NCBI GenBank assembly: GCA_964647565.1
Contig: CAZYIM010000002.1
Coordinates: 32,001-96,000 of the forward strand
Reading direction: 5' to 3'
From: an uncultured Methanosarcinales archaeon
GTDB taxonomy: Archaea; Nanobdellota; Nanobdellia; Woesearchaeales; CAZYIM01
Length of the DNA stretch: 64,000 nucleotides
The position numbers were made by a program, and so were the translations under genes. This document shows positions 26,581 to 36,658 of the stretch, in pieces (the first letter of the stretch is position 1; every line of letters begins with the position of its first letter). The notes below the pieces were generated by a model. That model made no database searches. It saw only the letters and a program-made list of their open reading frames with translations, and was not told the DNA's origin.

Positions 26581-27726
26581 TTAGTCTTTAAGAAAACTCA
26601 ATAAGTCAAAGATTTTCTTTCTTAAAAAAGTCTTTTTCTTTTCCAGAGAATCCATGTGTGTCTTGAGATCAGACATCTGCTTGTTGATTGTTGCGGATTT
26701 AGAAATGATATTGAATCCCTTTGCACTCTCTATTAATTCTTTGAATTCCTTCTCCAGGTTTAGCCTCAGATCATCTATGTCATCAAGTTTTTTCTCGATA
26801 TTGGTCTTATAGTTCAGGAACTTCTCAAAGTTCTTTATGATGTGTTTGCTTTCCTCTGTGTATTTCTCAACAGATTCCTTTTTTTTGCTGATATTCTTGA
26901 GCATACTTTTCTGGAGTTCCTCAATTTTTTTCTTGTGTTGTGCACTTTTCTCAATCAAGGGGTTTAGGAAGCTCTTTTTGTTGCTAAGATCGGTCTCAAT
27001 CCTTTCCGCCAGATTTTTCAACTCATCCATTCTGACTTTTGAGAGATCTACGTCTTTTTCTTCTTCAGCTATCTTATCCTCAATTAGTTCGAGCTCTTCC
27101 ACAAGTTTATTGATTCTTGATTTGACCTTGTCCTCGTCAGAAAGCAATTTCTTGATCTCGTCAGTTTCCTTGGAGATGTTTTCCCTTTCAATCTTGATGT
27201 CTGAAATCATGGATGCGTACTTCTGCTCATGTTCCTTTATCTATAGTGCTGCTTTTTCAACGAGATCTTCATATTCTTTCTTCTGGTTCTCAATCTCTGT
27301 CCTGAGATTCTTCTGAGCATCCTGATATTCATGGATTTTCTTAAGATCATCTTTCATGTCTGAGATTTCAGGGCCCATTCTTGACTGCAGGTTCTTGAAC
27401 TCATCCTTGATTGTATTAAATGATTCAGTCTCGCTGTCTAAAACCCTGATTGCAGATTCTACTTTCCTGATAAATGCATCTTTTTTGGATGAGTACTCTG
27501 TCTGTTTTACTGCTATCTCTTTCTTGCTCAACCTTCTTTCAACCAGGAAAACCTTTGAAAGAGAGTATTCGATGCTTATCAGACCCTGTTCTTCAAGAAA
27601 GTTAGCCCATTCCTGGACTACCATTGGGCTGACGTTTAGCTCTTTAGCAGCTACATTGAGTTCAAGCTTCTTTTCCTTGGCTACCAGAGCAACAAGCCTG
27701 TCCACACCCGTTTCAATCTTATCCAT
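26581..27726 (-). pseudogene. wHTH-like plus coiled-coil protein interrupted by one in-frame TAG (27241-27243)
   Basis: The two listed ORFs share a frame: ...EKAAL*IKEHEQKYASMISDIK...; N-terminus MDKIETGVDRLV...VQEWANFLEEQGLISIEY. Confidence 0.7.
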
Positions 27727-27789
27727 AGTTATTCTGAAGAATGAGCAGTATAAAAAGATTTCTATTTGATGATGCTGCATTAAAGATAG

Positions 27790-28011
27790 AAAATAAGTAT
27801 TCATCTCTGGCACAGATGGACTTTCTGCGAAAGTCCTACCCTCCCAAGGGTTACGCCCCTTGAGGACGTGTGCGGCTTTCGCCTTTGGCTCAGTCCCACT
27901 CTTTAACTAGCCCTTCGGGAATGCATATTGTCGGCTCGCCCGGCCATGGTTCGCAAGCCTCTTTGCGAACCCGAGAACGAACGAAGTGAAGTGACCATGA
28001 ATGCTTATTTT
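27790..28011. repeat. Structured interspersed repeat, copy 1 (MITE-like element or ncRNA)
   Basis: Inverted ends AAAATAAGTATTCAT/ATGAATGCTTATTTT; several internal hairpins; homologous to 45739..46018. Confidence 0.8.
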
Positions 28012-28030
28012 ATGATACTAGAACTTGTCT

Positions 28031-28987
28031 TCAACAACTTGTGTAGTTCAGTTGGTTGATCTCGTAATCATTTATATGTGCGTCATCTATCTTGAACCAG
28101 TCTGGCATGGTGTCTATTTCGCAGTTGAGGTTGGTAGTGGTGTTGCCGAAGTATAGGTAGTCTACAACACTCAGTTCTGTGTCGATGTCAATGTCCTGGC
28201 TTTGGAGCAGATCAAGATCCACAAAGCTCTCAATACCGTTCGGATTATCTGAGAAGTTGCCTGAGAATCGCATAATGAAACTAGGTGCCTTATCTGAGCT
28301 CTTATAGTAGGATTGATTCTGGAATAGCTGCAGGTTGCTTGAGTCCTTAGTGACATTATCTACAAAGTCAGTTGTGTTGAATTGGCTTATTGGATTTTTT
28401 AATCTTCCGAGAGTTCCTACACTATAGAGAGGATCAAATAGATTGTCTATTGGGACAAACGTATCGTAGTCTTGGATAAAATCCCATCTGGCACTGTTAG
28501 ATGCATCTGTGAGATTCACTTCGAGGGTGATGACAACCTTTACAATCCAGGGGGTTTCTTGTGTGAAGTTGATCGAACTTACTGATAACTCAGTTTGCAT
28601 GTTCCGTCTGTTTGCGTTTTGGTTTACCCTGTTTAGGTATTCCTCCAGACTAGCATTTTCCATTATAGATTGAGATGTTCCATTGATAGTGCCGTTATAG
28701 ATTATCTCTGTGAACATGCTTTCGAGGTTGGGCAGGTAGCTTCCTTGCTCAACGATATGGTTTTCAAGAGCTAAAAATGTCCTGAAGGTAGCGATGAATA
28801 CAGCACGATCCAGGTCCCTGTCAAAGTCATCGAGAAAATCATTCATAGCCATAACCCTTGATACAACTACCTCTTTGTTGTTGCCTATAAACTTGGTCTT
28901 TTCAGAGGCGTAGATTGAGAAAAGCACAGCTATAAGAAGTATGACGATGAATGTGTACATGAATCCTTTCTTGCTGCCTAATACCAT
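28031..28987 (-). CDS. Pilus-associated class III signal peptide protein
   Basis: SKKG|FMYTFIVILLI; GAGGTG RBS; many N-x-S/T sequons. Confidence 0.75.
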   Translation of the reverse strand: MVLGSKKGFMYTFIVILLIAVLFSIYASEKTKFIGNNKEVVVSRVMAMNDFLDDFDRDLDRAVFIATFRTFLALENHIVEQGSYLPNLESMFTEIIYNGTINGTSQSIMENASLEEYLNRVNQNANRRNMQTELSVSSINFTQETPWIVKVVITLEVNLTDASNSARWDFIQDYDTFVPIDNLFDPLYSVGTLGRLKNPISQFNTTDFVDNVTKDSSNLQLFQNQSYYKSSDKAPSFIMRFSGNFSDNPNGIESFVDLDLLQSQDIDIDTELSVVDYLYFGNTTTNLNCEIDTMPDWFKIDDAHINDYEINQLNYTSC

Positions 28988-31674
28988 ACATTCACCTCTG
29001 TTAGTGATGGCCCCCAAAGGTATGGCACACCAGGTACAACCACAACCACAACCTCTAAGTCTGCCTGGTTTATGTTGATGAGCAGTCTTCCATCATTATC
29101 ATAGTCAAACTGGCTAATCAAGGAATATACCGCAAAGTCATATGCATCATCACTATCGTAGCTGATGCTTGCTGCTGTGTATTCACAGTTGTCGCTTCCG
29201 CTGTAAGTTTGTGGGATTGTGAAGTTGAGGAAATCTCCGTCTTCGAATTCAACCCTCCAATGACAGCCAATGGCAGTTGGTTTGACGTCTGTGAACACAG
29301 TTGAGGAATTGGCAAGTGCTGTGTATATGACTGAGTTGTTCATTGAACAACCTGTTATGTTATCAGGCGTGTCTGCAGTATTGAATGTTATGTTGTTGAT
29401 GCCATGGATCAAGAGGTTGACTGGTATCTGGACATAGAAGGGATCTCCTAGTCTTGGATAGGGCACTAGGTATTCTGACATGTTGAAGACTGTGATGTTG
29501 TTTACAACCAAGGTATTGGTCCAATGGGAGCCAGAATATGAAGTGAGTTTAGCATCAACAACCCTAAGGCCTTCGAATACCTCAAAGTTGGTGTCGCAGG
29601 AGTCAAAGGTGTTTGTCTGGAAGACAAGGGATATCTCTCCGGATTCAGGAGGATCTACAATAGGCGTATAGTTGAACTCGATAAAGGAGTCGTCATAGAG
29701 CATAGCAGGTGTGTAATCTCCCTGGACATTAATCAGCTGGCTTGATTGGTTGATTCGTGTTAGGATGTCGTATGCTATCTCTTCATAGATCTCTTTTAGT
29801 CTTGTTGTATTGCTGCTGTTCATGTATGTGCCGTTGCCAATAGTTGCAACCTGCTCTAAGAGGGCGACTGCGCTTGAGCATTCTGAAATAAGGCCGAATC
29901 CTACAGAGAAGACTGTTGTATTGAGATCGTCTACAGCTCTTTGGACGCTGAAGATGGTGTGGTTGATTGCCTCTTCACAGGCATTATCATTGCAGCCCTC
30001 AAAATCACATGATCCCCCTCCTCCCTGGGTATCGCAATACCCTTCACAGATTTCAGGTGTTAAGTAGTCATCAGATGTGCCTGAGGTACAGTTGTCCTCT
30101 GCGCAGTGAGTAGGCACGCCATCTGTCATGAACACGATGAATTTTGCCCTTGATGAATTGCTGAATGAATCAAGGATATCATATGCTCTGTTGACTGCAC
30201 ATGAAAGGCAGGTCTGGTCTTTTCCCTGGGGACCGAAATTGGAAATATAGCTCTTGATTGCATCTTTATCAGAAGGATTATTGTACCATTCGATTTCGTC
30301 TGAATGCAAAAAGACAGGCCAAATACGATTGCCTGTATAATTCATGACTATATCTACTAGTTCATTGTCAACGCATCTTGCCAGGTGGCTCTTCCTGGCA
30401 TCATCATATCCGTAAAGTTCATCACAATCTTTCACTCCTGTTCCAAGAGCAGTATTGTCGCTGACTGCCTTTTTCATGCTTCCTGAGAAGTCTGTTATTA
30501 AGACGATATCTGCATTGCCTCCTGTAACAATCTCTGATGTGTAGTTGTATGATGCGAACCTGATCGGGATGGTCTTGTTGCTCAGGAAGACATAGTCCAG
30601 GTTCTGCGGTGCTTGTTGAAGATAGGTGCTGTTTAGATATGCTTCGATGTCTGTTCCATTGGCAACATGTTGATATGCTGTCTTCTCACCAATCGTGATA
30701 TATGTTGTTGAGTTGGAGTTGTAATGCAGGTAGATGCCCATGCTGTTTAGGGTTCCTGGAATGTAAAAGGAATCATAGAGATTAGGTATACCCTCGATCC
30801 TGGGGAAATAATAGCGCAGGGTTCCTGGTGTTGAAGCATCCTGTATCTGTTCTGTATGATAAGTGAGCTTAACATATCCTCCTGCGATGTATGAATTGTT
30901 GATACCTTCAAAGACAAAAGTAAAATTGTTCTGCCCGGGTATTATTGAGCTATTGCATCCTGTTATATCCCATCTGTCTGCGCTCATGTTGAAATGAGCA
31001 GGTTCAAATTCGCTGTTGCATTGATCGCCATTGATGTACAAGGTGAAGTTAGATGCGACATCTAGCTCCAGTATGAGTTCCTGGATGGATGAGCTGTTTA
31101 CATCGTCAGGTATATCCCGAATTGAGCCTGTGATATTGCCTTGGCCTACAAAGCCCCCGAAATATAGGTAGGATGAGAACGGTTTGTTCCTGATCTTCCT
31201 AAGATAAGCTGAGGATGCGGATCCGGTTGTAGGAAGGCCTTGGGCAATTCCCGATATCATTCGCCTTGCAGTGACCAGGTTGTTGACATTTGTTATGTTC
31301 TTGCTGTATACTGTCTCATCACCTATCTTGAAGCTGAATCCAAAACGATCTGGAAGGGAGTCGTTAACCACTATATCTAACAATCGGTCGATGTAGACAT
31401 AATTGCCATTCACCCAGTAGTTTCCTACTTGTACAAGTATTGAAACGTTTGGATCTGATATGCTGCCGTTGGATATTTGTGCCTGTACCCAGCTATTGTT
31501 GAGTTCGTTTATCTTTATCTCGCTTATTGCATTTGTTATGTCCTTTGAGACATAGTCTATCTGCCTGATATCTGGTTTGGAGTCAGTAAACTGGAAGATC
31601 ATGTAAGCTGCTGTTATCAATAGCACTGAAGCTAGGAATGCGTCAATGCTGAAATATAGTGCTTTCCTGTTCAT
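28978..31674 (-). CDS. Large pilin-like adhesin with von Willebrand A domain
   Basis: MNRKA|LYFSIDAFLA class III-like N-terminus; ADIVLITDFSGSM (MIDAS DxSxS), FIVFMTDGVP, VFSVGFG; Cys-rich insert. Confidence 0.85.
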   Translation of the reverse strand: MNRKALYFSIDAFLASVLLITAAYMIFQFTDSKPDIRQIDYVSKDITNAISEIKINELNNSWVQAQISNGSISDPNVSILVQVGNYWVNGNYVYIDRLLDIVVNDSLPDRFGFSFKIGDETVYSKNITNVNNLVTARRMISGIAQGLPTTGSASSAYLRKIRNKPFSSYLYFGGFVGQGNITGSIRDIPDDVNSSSIQELILELDVASNFTLYINGDQCNSEFEPAHFNMSADRWDITGCNSSIIPGQNNFTFVFEGINNSYIAGGYVKLTYHTEQIQDASTPGTLRYYFPRIEGIPNLYDSFYIPGTLNSMGIYLHYNSNSTTYITIGEKTAYQHVANGTDIEAYLNSTYLQQAPQNLDYVFLSNKTIPIRFASYNYTSEIVTGGNADIVLITDFSGSMKKAVSDNTALGTGVKDCDELYGYDDARKSHLARCVDNELVDIVMNYTGNRIWPVFLHSDEIEWYNNPSDKDAIKSYISNFGPQGKDQTCLSCAVNRAYDILDSFSNSSRAKFIVFMTDGVPTHCAEDNCTSGTSDDYLTPEICEGYCDTQGGGGSCDFEGCNDNACEEAINHTIFSVQRAVDDLNTTVFSVGFGLISECSSAVALLEQVATIGNGTYMNSSNTTRLKEIYEEIAYDILTRINQSSQLINVQGDYTPAMLYDDSFIEFNYTPIVDPPESGEISLVFQTNTFDSCDTNFEVFEGLRVVDAKLTSYSGSHWTNTLVVNNITVFNMSEYLVPYPRLGDPFYVQIPVNLLIHGINNITFNTADTPDNITGCSMNNSVIYTALANSSTVFTDVKPTAIGCHWRVEFEDGDFLNFTIPQTYSGSDNCEYTAASISYDSDDAYDFAVYSLISQFDYDNDGRLLININQADLEVVVVVVPGVPYLWGPSLTEVNVWY

Positions 31675-31675
31675 C

Positions 31676-32176
31676 TTAGTCCCAAACATATAGGATCATA
31701 GACACGATGGTCGCATCATGTACAACAAACCTTTCAATCTTGATTAAGTTCTTATATGTCTCTGTGATATTCACTGAGTTATTGGTTATTGATGCTGCGG
31801 GATGTCCTTGGCCCAGTTCGCCGCTTATGTTCAATATGCTGTCATTCTTAGTGAAAAAGTAAAAATAGTCGGATTTGATGCCCAATAGGCCTTTTGACCT
31901 GTCGTAGCTAATCTTCCTGAATTCGTCAAGTTTGGTAAGATTCAGTCTTGAGCTGTCAACAATACCTGGAGTGAAGACTGAGCTGTTGGTCCAGTTCCTT
32001 GGAAATCCTGATGTCATCAAAAGCTCTGATAATTCTTGTCCTTCTGAATAAACTACTTCAAATGAGTCATCAAGGAATGTGTTGAATATGAGTTTTGTTA
32101 TCAGAATCATAGCTATCATGAATATCAGAAAACCTACGATGAAATCCGTCGTCCACGCCTGGGCTTTAGCTGACAT
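31676..32176 (-). CDS. Minor pilin-like protein
   Basis: MSAKA|QAWTTDFIVGFLIF. Confidence 0.8.
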   Translation of the reverse strand: MSAKAQAWTTDFIVGFLIFMIAMILITKLIFNTFLDDSFEVVYSEGQELSELLMTSGFPRNWTNSSVFTPGIVDSSRLNLTKLDEFRKISYDRSKGLLGIKSDYFYFFTKNDSILNISGELGQGHPAASITNNSVNITETYKNLIKIERFVVHDATIVSMILYVWD

Positions 32177-32546
32177 AGACCTCACCACCAATATTTCTTA
32201 ATGTATTGGTTCCCTTGGATAGGGTACCATTGATCCTGGGTATCCTGTAGTAAAGTGCGCCTCTAGAATATTCCAGTTGGAAATAGTTATTTCCATTCGA
32301 GATGTTGAATGATACAGTTGTTATCTCATCAGGTATTTCAATATCCCGTTGATAACCAGGACTGACAGCTGATGCAAGCCCAATCTCCCTTTGCAGGTTT
32401 TTCCCAAAAGTTTCTAATTCTAGCTCTTTTTGATCCAGTGAGTAGTCTTTGTAATAATCGAGAATGATCATCAGAGACATGGTTGTGAGCAATATAGCTA
32501 TTCCTATGTATGTCATGAATTCGATAGCTACTTGTCCTTTCTTCAT
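32166..32546 (-). CDS. Minor pilin (class III signal)
   Basis: MKKG|QVAIEFMTYIG. Confidence 0.85.
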   Translation of the reverse strand: MKKGQVAIEFMTYIGIAILLTTMSLMIILDYYKDYSLDQKELELETFGKNLQREIGLASAVSPGYQRDIEIPDEITTVSFNISNGNNYFQLEYSRGALYYRIPRINGTLSKGTNTLRNIGGEVYVS

Positions 32547-32950
32547 GATTCCTGGATCAGCACGTTGTCAAGCTGTGCTGTGACTGTGATGATGTGCAGA
32601 CCTGCTTCAGTAGATAATGAACCTGTGAGATTTGCTTTGGATGTCTTGTCCATTGTATATTCTACTGTTCCCTTGCTTATGTTGAAGGTGATGGTCTGGT
32701 TCTCTATTGCGATGTTGTTAACCTGTTTTGGCATATAAAGTCTCAATTGCTGCTGGGCAGGAGGTCCCTGGTAATAGACAGTATCTGCAGCTCCAACAAC
32801 AGTTTCTAGTATCTTATGTACTTGCGAGTCTGTGATATCCTCGTTAAAATTCCTGCTTTGCGTTAGGAATAATATTATGGTTGGAATAAGCATAAGAAAG
32901 ATCAGACCTGTAATCATAAGGTATTCCATAGCTACCTGTGCTTTAGACAT
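32543..32950 (-). CDS. Minor pilin (class III signal)
   Basis: MSKA|QVAMEYLMITG...ADTVYYQG. Confidence 0.85.
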   Translation of the reverse strand: MSKAQVAMEYLMITGLIFLMLIPTIILFLTQSRNFNEDITDSQVHKILETVVGAADTVYYQGPPAQQQLRLYMPKQVNNIAIENQTITFNISKGTVEYTMDKTSKANLTGSLSTEAGLHIITVTAQLDNVLIQES

Positions 32951-33054
32951 AATCTGGTTTGGGGTGTTGAATATTTAAAATGATGTTACTATTTCTGTGT
33001 AAAGATGCTGCTTGTTTGATAAAGCTTATAAATAGTTTGACCTTACGTAAGTAA

Positions 33055-33645
33055 ATGATAATTACAATATCTGGGGCAGAAGGCTCTGGGAAGAGTTCTG
33101 TTGGGAAGTCGTTGGCTTTGAAATTAGGTTTTGAGAGTTATTCTGTGGGTGACTTTAGAAGAGCGCTTGCCAAGAAGCATGGAATGACTCTGGTTGAACA
33201 GAATGAGATTGCTAAAACAGAGGACTGGGTTGACAAGGCAGCTGATCAGCTGTTCATTGAGCATACACAGCAGCATGATGATTTTGTGATAGATGGAAGG
33301 TTGGGTTTCTATTTTGTCAAGAAAGCTATTAAGGAGTTTGATCTGGACAAGAAATCTCTTCATATATATCTTGATGTTGATGAGGTTGAGGCTGCCAAAA
33401 GAATATGGAAGTCTGTCTCTTCTGGTGTTGAAAGGAATGAAGGTACTTTCCATAGTCAGATGGATGTGCTGCATGAGATAAGGCAAAGGAACAAGAATGA
33501 CTGCGAGAGATATCTTAGATATTATGGGTTAGATACTAAGAAAAAAGAGCACTATGATCTTGTATTGGATACGACTTCGAAGAGTGTTGAGGAGGTTGTT
33601 GAACTGATTCTGGGGATATTGAAGGGAAAAGGATTGTTGAAGTGA
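33055..33645 (+). CDS. cmk: Cytidylate kinase, archaeal type (copy 1)
   Basis: MIITISGAEGSGKSS, GDFRR, VIDGRL, RYLRYYG, YDLVLDT. Confidence 0.8.
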   Translation: MIITISGAEGSGKSSVGKSLALKLGFESYSVGDFRRALAKKHGMTLVEQNEIAKTEDWVDKAADQLFIEHTQQHDDFVIDGRLGFYFVKKAIKEFDLDKKSLHIYLDVDEVEAAKRIWKSVSSGVERNEGTFHSQMDVLHEIRQRNKNDCERYLRYYGLDTKKKEHYDLVLDTTSKSVEEVVELILGILKGKGLLK

Positions 33646-33705
33646 GTTGGTTTTTCAGAAAAGTAGATTCTTAATTGATTTTGACAGGTATAGAAGTTCT
33701 TGTCA

Positions 33706-34173
33706 TCACCAGGGTGTGTTCTTGAACTTGACGTCCTTGTCTGTGGTCTTTGTCCTTACGATGTGATATGGTTGTGAGAGTGCGGTGGTAGTTCCTTCTC
33801 CTGGACCTGGCTGTTTTTCAGCAACATAGACATCCAGTGTGTTTTTTCGTTCTAAGATCTCACTGACTTTGATCTCATAGCCGCCTGAAGACTGCTCTCC
33901 CATAAAGACCCCTATCAGCATGTCTTTTTGAAAATCTACATCTGCAGGACCCACTATAGGCAGCCGTCCGTCAATCACCTTTACCCAGAGGGTGTTCCAT
34001 GCAGCCTCATCCTTTACCACGTAGTTCTTCCTTTCGGTGTGGCCGCAATGATATCCCTGTTCGATTGTATTGAACTCTTTTTCAATACTTGGTTGGGGTT
34101 CGGTTACCCTGCTGCAGCTGCAGACAATGGCCAATAGGCTAGCAGTCATGATCAGTTTTGAGCGTATTGTCAT
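33706..34173 (-). CDS. Lipoprotein with PrcB C-terminal domain
   Basis: Lipobox-like IVCSC; VDFQKD...VFMGEQSSGGYEIKV...TALSQPYHIV. Confidence 0.8.
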   Translation of the reverse strand: MTIRSKLIMTASLLAIVCSCSRVTEPQPSIEKEFNTIEQGYHCGHTERKNYVVKDEAAWNTLWVKVIDGRLPIVGPADVDFQKDMLIGVFMGEQSSGGYEIKVSEILERKNTLDVYVAEKQPGPGEGTTTALSQPYHIVRTKTTDKDVKFKNTPW

Positions 34174-34348
34174 CTTAAGAATATAGTTAAAAAAAGATAT
34201 ATAAATTTTTTCAATAGGATTGTGCTTTGGGATTCTTTTTTTAGTATCTGCTTCGGGCTTTATATTGAGATCATAGTTTATATTTTGTTTACCCTTATTC
34301 AGTGGTAAAAAACAGAAACTTTATAAACGGTGAGCCGGTTGCAAGCAC

Positions 34349-35233
34349 ATGGCTCCGCAAGATAATCCGCTCTATGATGCATTATTGAAGAATCCTGAAA
34401 AAGAGCTATTGAAATTAGAGGGTTCTTTTCAATGCAATATTGGCAGGGAGAGAAAGTTTGACCTACATCCACTGCATATCATCAGGATACCAGAGAGAAA
34501 GATCTTACGAGAACAGATTTATGAGCGCTATGGCATTGAGAATATTGACAGCTATTACATCCCTGTCATCCTGGATACAGTCAGTTACAGGCTCATCTCC
34601 AGGAATGAAGAGCCTGATTGGATCAAGGATATGTGGGATTTCGATGAAAAGGAAAAGAGCAGGGAAGGCATACTTATGCATAGGCAGAACTGTCTTATCG
34701 GCTATATGTCTGTGTATTTTCCAAGTGCTGAAGCTATAGAGCATGAAGCCATACACGCGTATTTTTTCAACAACCCTAATTATAAGAAATATTCAGGCAA
34801 ATGGAACGTCTACAAAATACCTCCTGAAATTCGTGGCTGGACAGAAGCAATATCATACACAACCACCCGCAAACGTGAAGAGCTGGATGCAGAGGCGATA
34901 ATAGACAGTTATGTCGGATCTGCAGTGCCCGAAGAGGACATAACCAGATTTACAGATGTAAAGGTTTTATTGAATATTATTCGACAAACTGCCAAAGCCT
35001 CGTTCAAGGATATAATCGATGGGCGTATATCCCGGCTGCCATTGAAGCTGGCAGCAGTTCCATTAATATTTGCTTACCAAATCGTTAATCCTGTCAGCAA
35101 GAGAAACAAGATCAGGCAAAGCTGGAAAGAGTCTTTTGATCTTTCACAAAACCTGATAGAGAAATATGGCAAGAAAGAGTTCTTAAGGTTTGCAGGCCAG
35201 TATACAAGGGAAGACCTGCTCAGGAGGCTATAA
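34349..35233 (+). CDS. Hypothetical protein with HExxH motif
   Basis: EHEAIHAY...WTEAIS resembles a zincin; preceded by BRE/TATA at 34313-34327. Confidence 0.65.
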   Translation: MAPQDNPLYDALLKNPEKELLKLEGSFQCNIGRERKFDLHPLHIIRIPERKILREQIYERYGIENIDSYYIPVILDTVSYRLISRNEEPDWIKDMWDFDEKEKSREGILMHRQNCLIGYMSVYFPSAEAIEHEAIHAYFFNNPNYKKYSGKWNVYKIPPEIRGWTEAISYTTTRKREELDAEAIIDSYVGSAVPEEDITRFTDVKVLLNIIRQTAKASFKDIIDGRISRLPLKLAAVPLIFAYQIVNPVSKRNKIRQSWKESFDLSQNLIEKYGKKEFLRFAGQYTREDLLRRL

Positions 35234-36600
35234 TGCTTCAGGAACAGATCGACAAGGCATTGACAGTGTTCTCGCCAAAAGAGCTGAGAATGCTTGCGAA
35301 AAAAACAGGACAGTTTGCAAAACAAATTGCAGGGGACAGGAATAGCCCTTATTTTTATGTTGACACTTATCCTACTCCTGATTTTAAGGCAACCCATCAA
35401 AGAGAAGGCATTGTTCTGGGATATGTTCTTGAAGACCTTGTTTGCCAGCCAATAATCAATAAGGTAGTTGAACTGCTTGACATGCCTGTCCACAGGCCTA
35501 AAGGCCCATATCATATATCTATCGCCTTCCAGAGACGTGCCTATATAGAACATCTGGATAACATGCCATCCAGGGCAGCTATTGATTCAGATGTGGACTT
35601 TACAAGGCAGGCCAAAATGATTATTAAAAAGATTGAAAAGATCCGAAAAGAGTGTGATGAAAATAAAGAATCACGAGTCCTGGATATACAAAATCAAGAT
35701 AAAAGTTATATTGGTATTGATATCGATGATCTGCTCAGAGGCACAATAATAAGCAAGATCGAAGATGCCATATGCGGCCATCTGGAAGAGAGCATCAATA
35801 CTCTTCAGGGTGATTATTTTTATGAAGAACCGTTGAAGGTTGGAAAAACACAAAATTTAGGCGGGGATATCTATCTATATGGCCATCTCAAGTCTGTAGG
35901 TTATATGCTGGGTCGCCATCTTGGATGCCTAACAGGCCCAGAGGATAAAAGACCATTAGTTAGGGAAACATTAGATACAACAAAAACACTTCCAATCATT
36001 GAGAAAATTACACATGCACTGGCGGCTTTGGTCAATCAGGAGGTGCAAAAAGCATTTAGTGATCCTGGTTATGATTCGAAATATGTGCAGAGGGCTGAGC
36101 AGCAAACAACTGTATCTTATCGCGACATAATATATGCTGCGTCACCTTTTAACCTGATGAGACGAGAGCTTGAATCCTGGGTCAGTGGTTTATATTTTAC
36201 CGAGCCAGGAATATATCAAAACCATAAAAGGACTGTTTTGGTTGAAGAGACGAAAAGAGAGTCTCGCTTAAAGATTGTAAGCGCTGATCAGATGCAGGCC
36301 TTGGCAGAGTATACATGGAACTCAACGACAGATTGGATTAACCAGCGGCAGGGAGATTTCAGTATGATGTATCATGTTGGTTGTTCGAGTTCATTCTTAA
36401 TGCAGCAGATCATTGATAATCCTCACAGGCCGCACCAGATGATAGTTGTGAACAAATATGCTGACGGAATAGAAGAGTTGACTCGGCAGTGTGCAGAAAC
36501 TTTAGTGAAAAAGCAATATCCTGTTGTGGAATTGTGCCAAAAACCCAGGAATCCTCAAAAGCCCTATCTTAAGATGGGCGAGATTACCTGGCAGAGATGA
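35233..36600 (+). CDS. Hypothetical protein (455 aa)
   Basis: Long ORF coupled to the upstream gene (TAATG) with an AGGAGG RBS; no motif recognised. Confidence 0.75.
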   Translation: MLQEQIDKALTVFSPKELRMLAKKTGQFAKQIAGDRNSPYFYVDTYPTPDFKATHQREGIVLGYVLEDLVCQPIINKVVELLDMPVHRPKGPYHISIAFQRRAYIEHLDNMPSRAAIDSDVDFTRQAKMIIKKIEKIRKECDENKESRVLDIQNQDKSYIGIDIDDLLRGTIISKIEDAICGHLEESINTLQGDYFYEEPLKVGKTQNLGGDIYLYGHLKSVGYMLGRHLGCLTGPEDKRPLVRETLDTTKTLPIIEKITHALAALVNQEVQKAFSDPGYDSKYVQRAEQQTTVSYRDIIYAASPFNLMRRELESWVSGLYFTEPGIYQNHKRTVLVEETKRESRLKIVSADQMQALAEYTWNSTTDWINQRQGDFSMMYHVGCSSSFLMQQIIDNPHRPHQMIVVNKYADGIEELTRQCAETLVKKQYPVVELCQKPRNPQKPYLKMGEITWQR

Positions 36601-36658
36601 TTTATCTCCTTGGAAATTCTCCAAAAGTGTTTTATATTAGTTTTGACAATATGTCATT

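Noticed and set aside
27241..27243. Genome-wide TAG reassignment
   Set aside because: TAG ends many intact genes here (e.g. 7617, 17535, 17978, 40443, 45693), and reading through 7617 hits TGA within five codons.
27727..27813. N-terminal extension of ORF 27241..27813
   Set aside because: It runs through the promoter region into the repeat; ATG 27726 (MDKIETGVD) is the more plausible start.
27790..28011. RNase P RNA, SRP RNA or tRNA
   Set aside because: GAAAGTCC resembles an RNase P motif but is absent from copy 2; no complementary P4 strand, SRP motif or cloverleaf was found; two dispersed copies argue against these.
21739..32950. Archaellum operon
   Set aside because: No archaellin-type N-terminus or adjacent ArlH/F/G; two separate F-domain genes and Q..(E/D) pilins fit an adhesive pilus. 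The KaiC-like gene is about 26 kb away.
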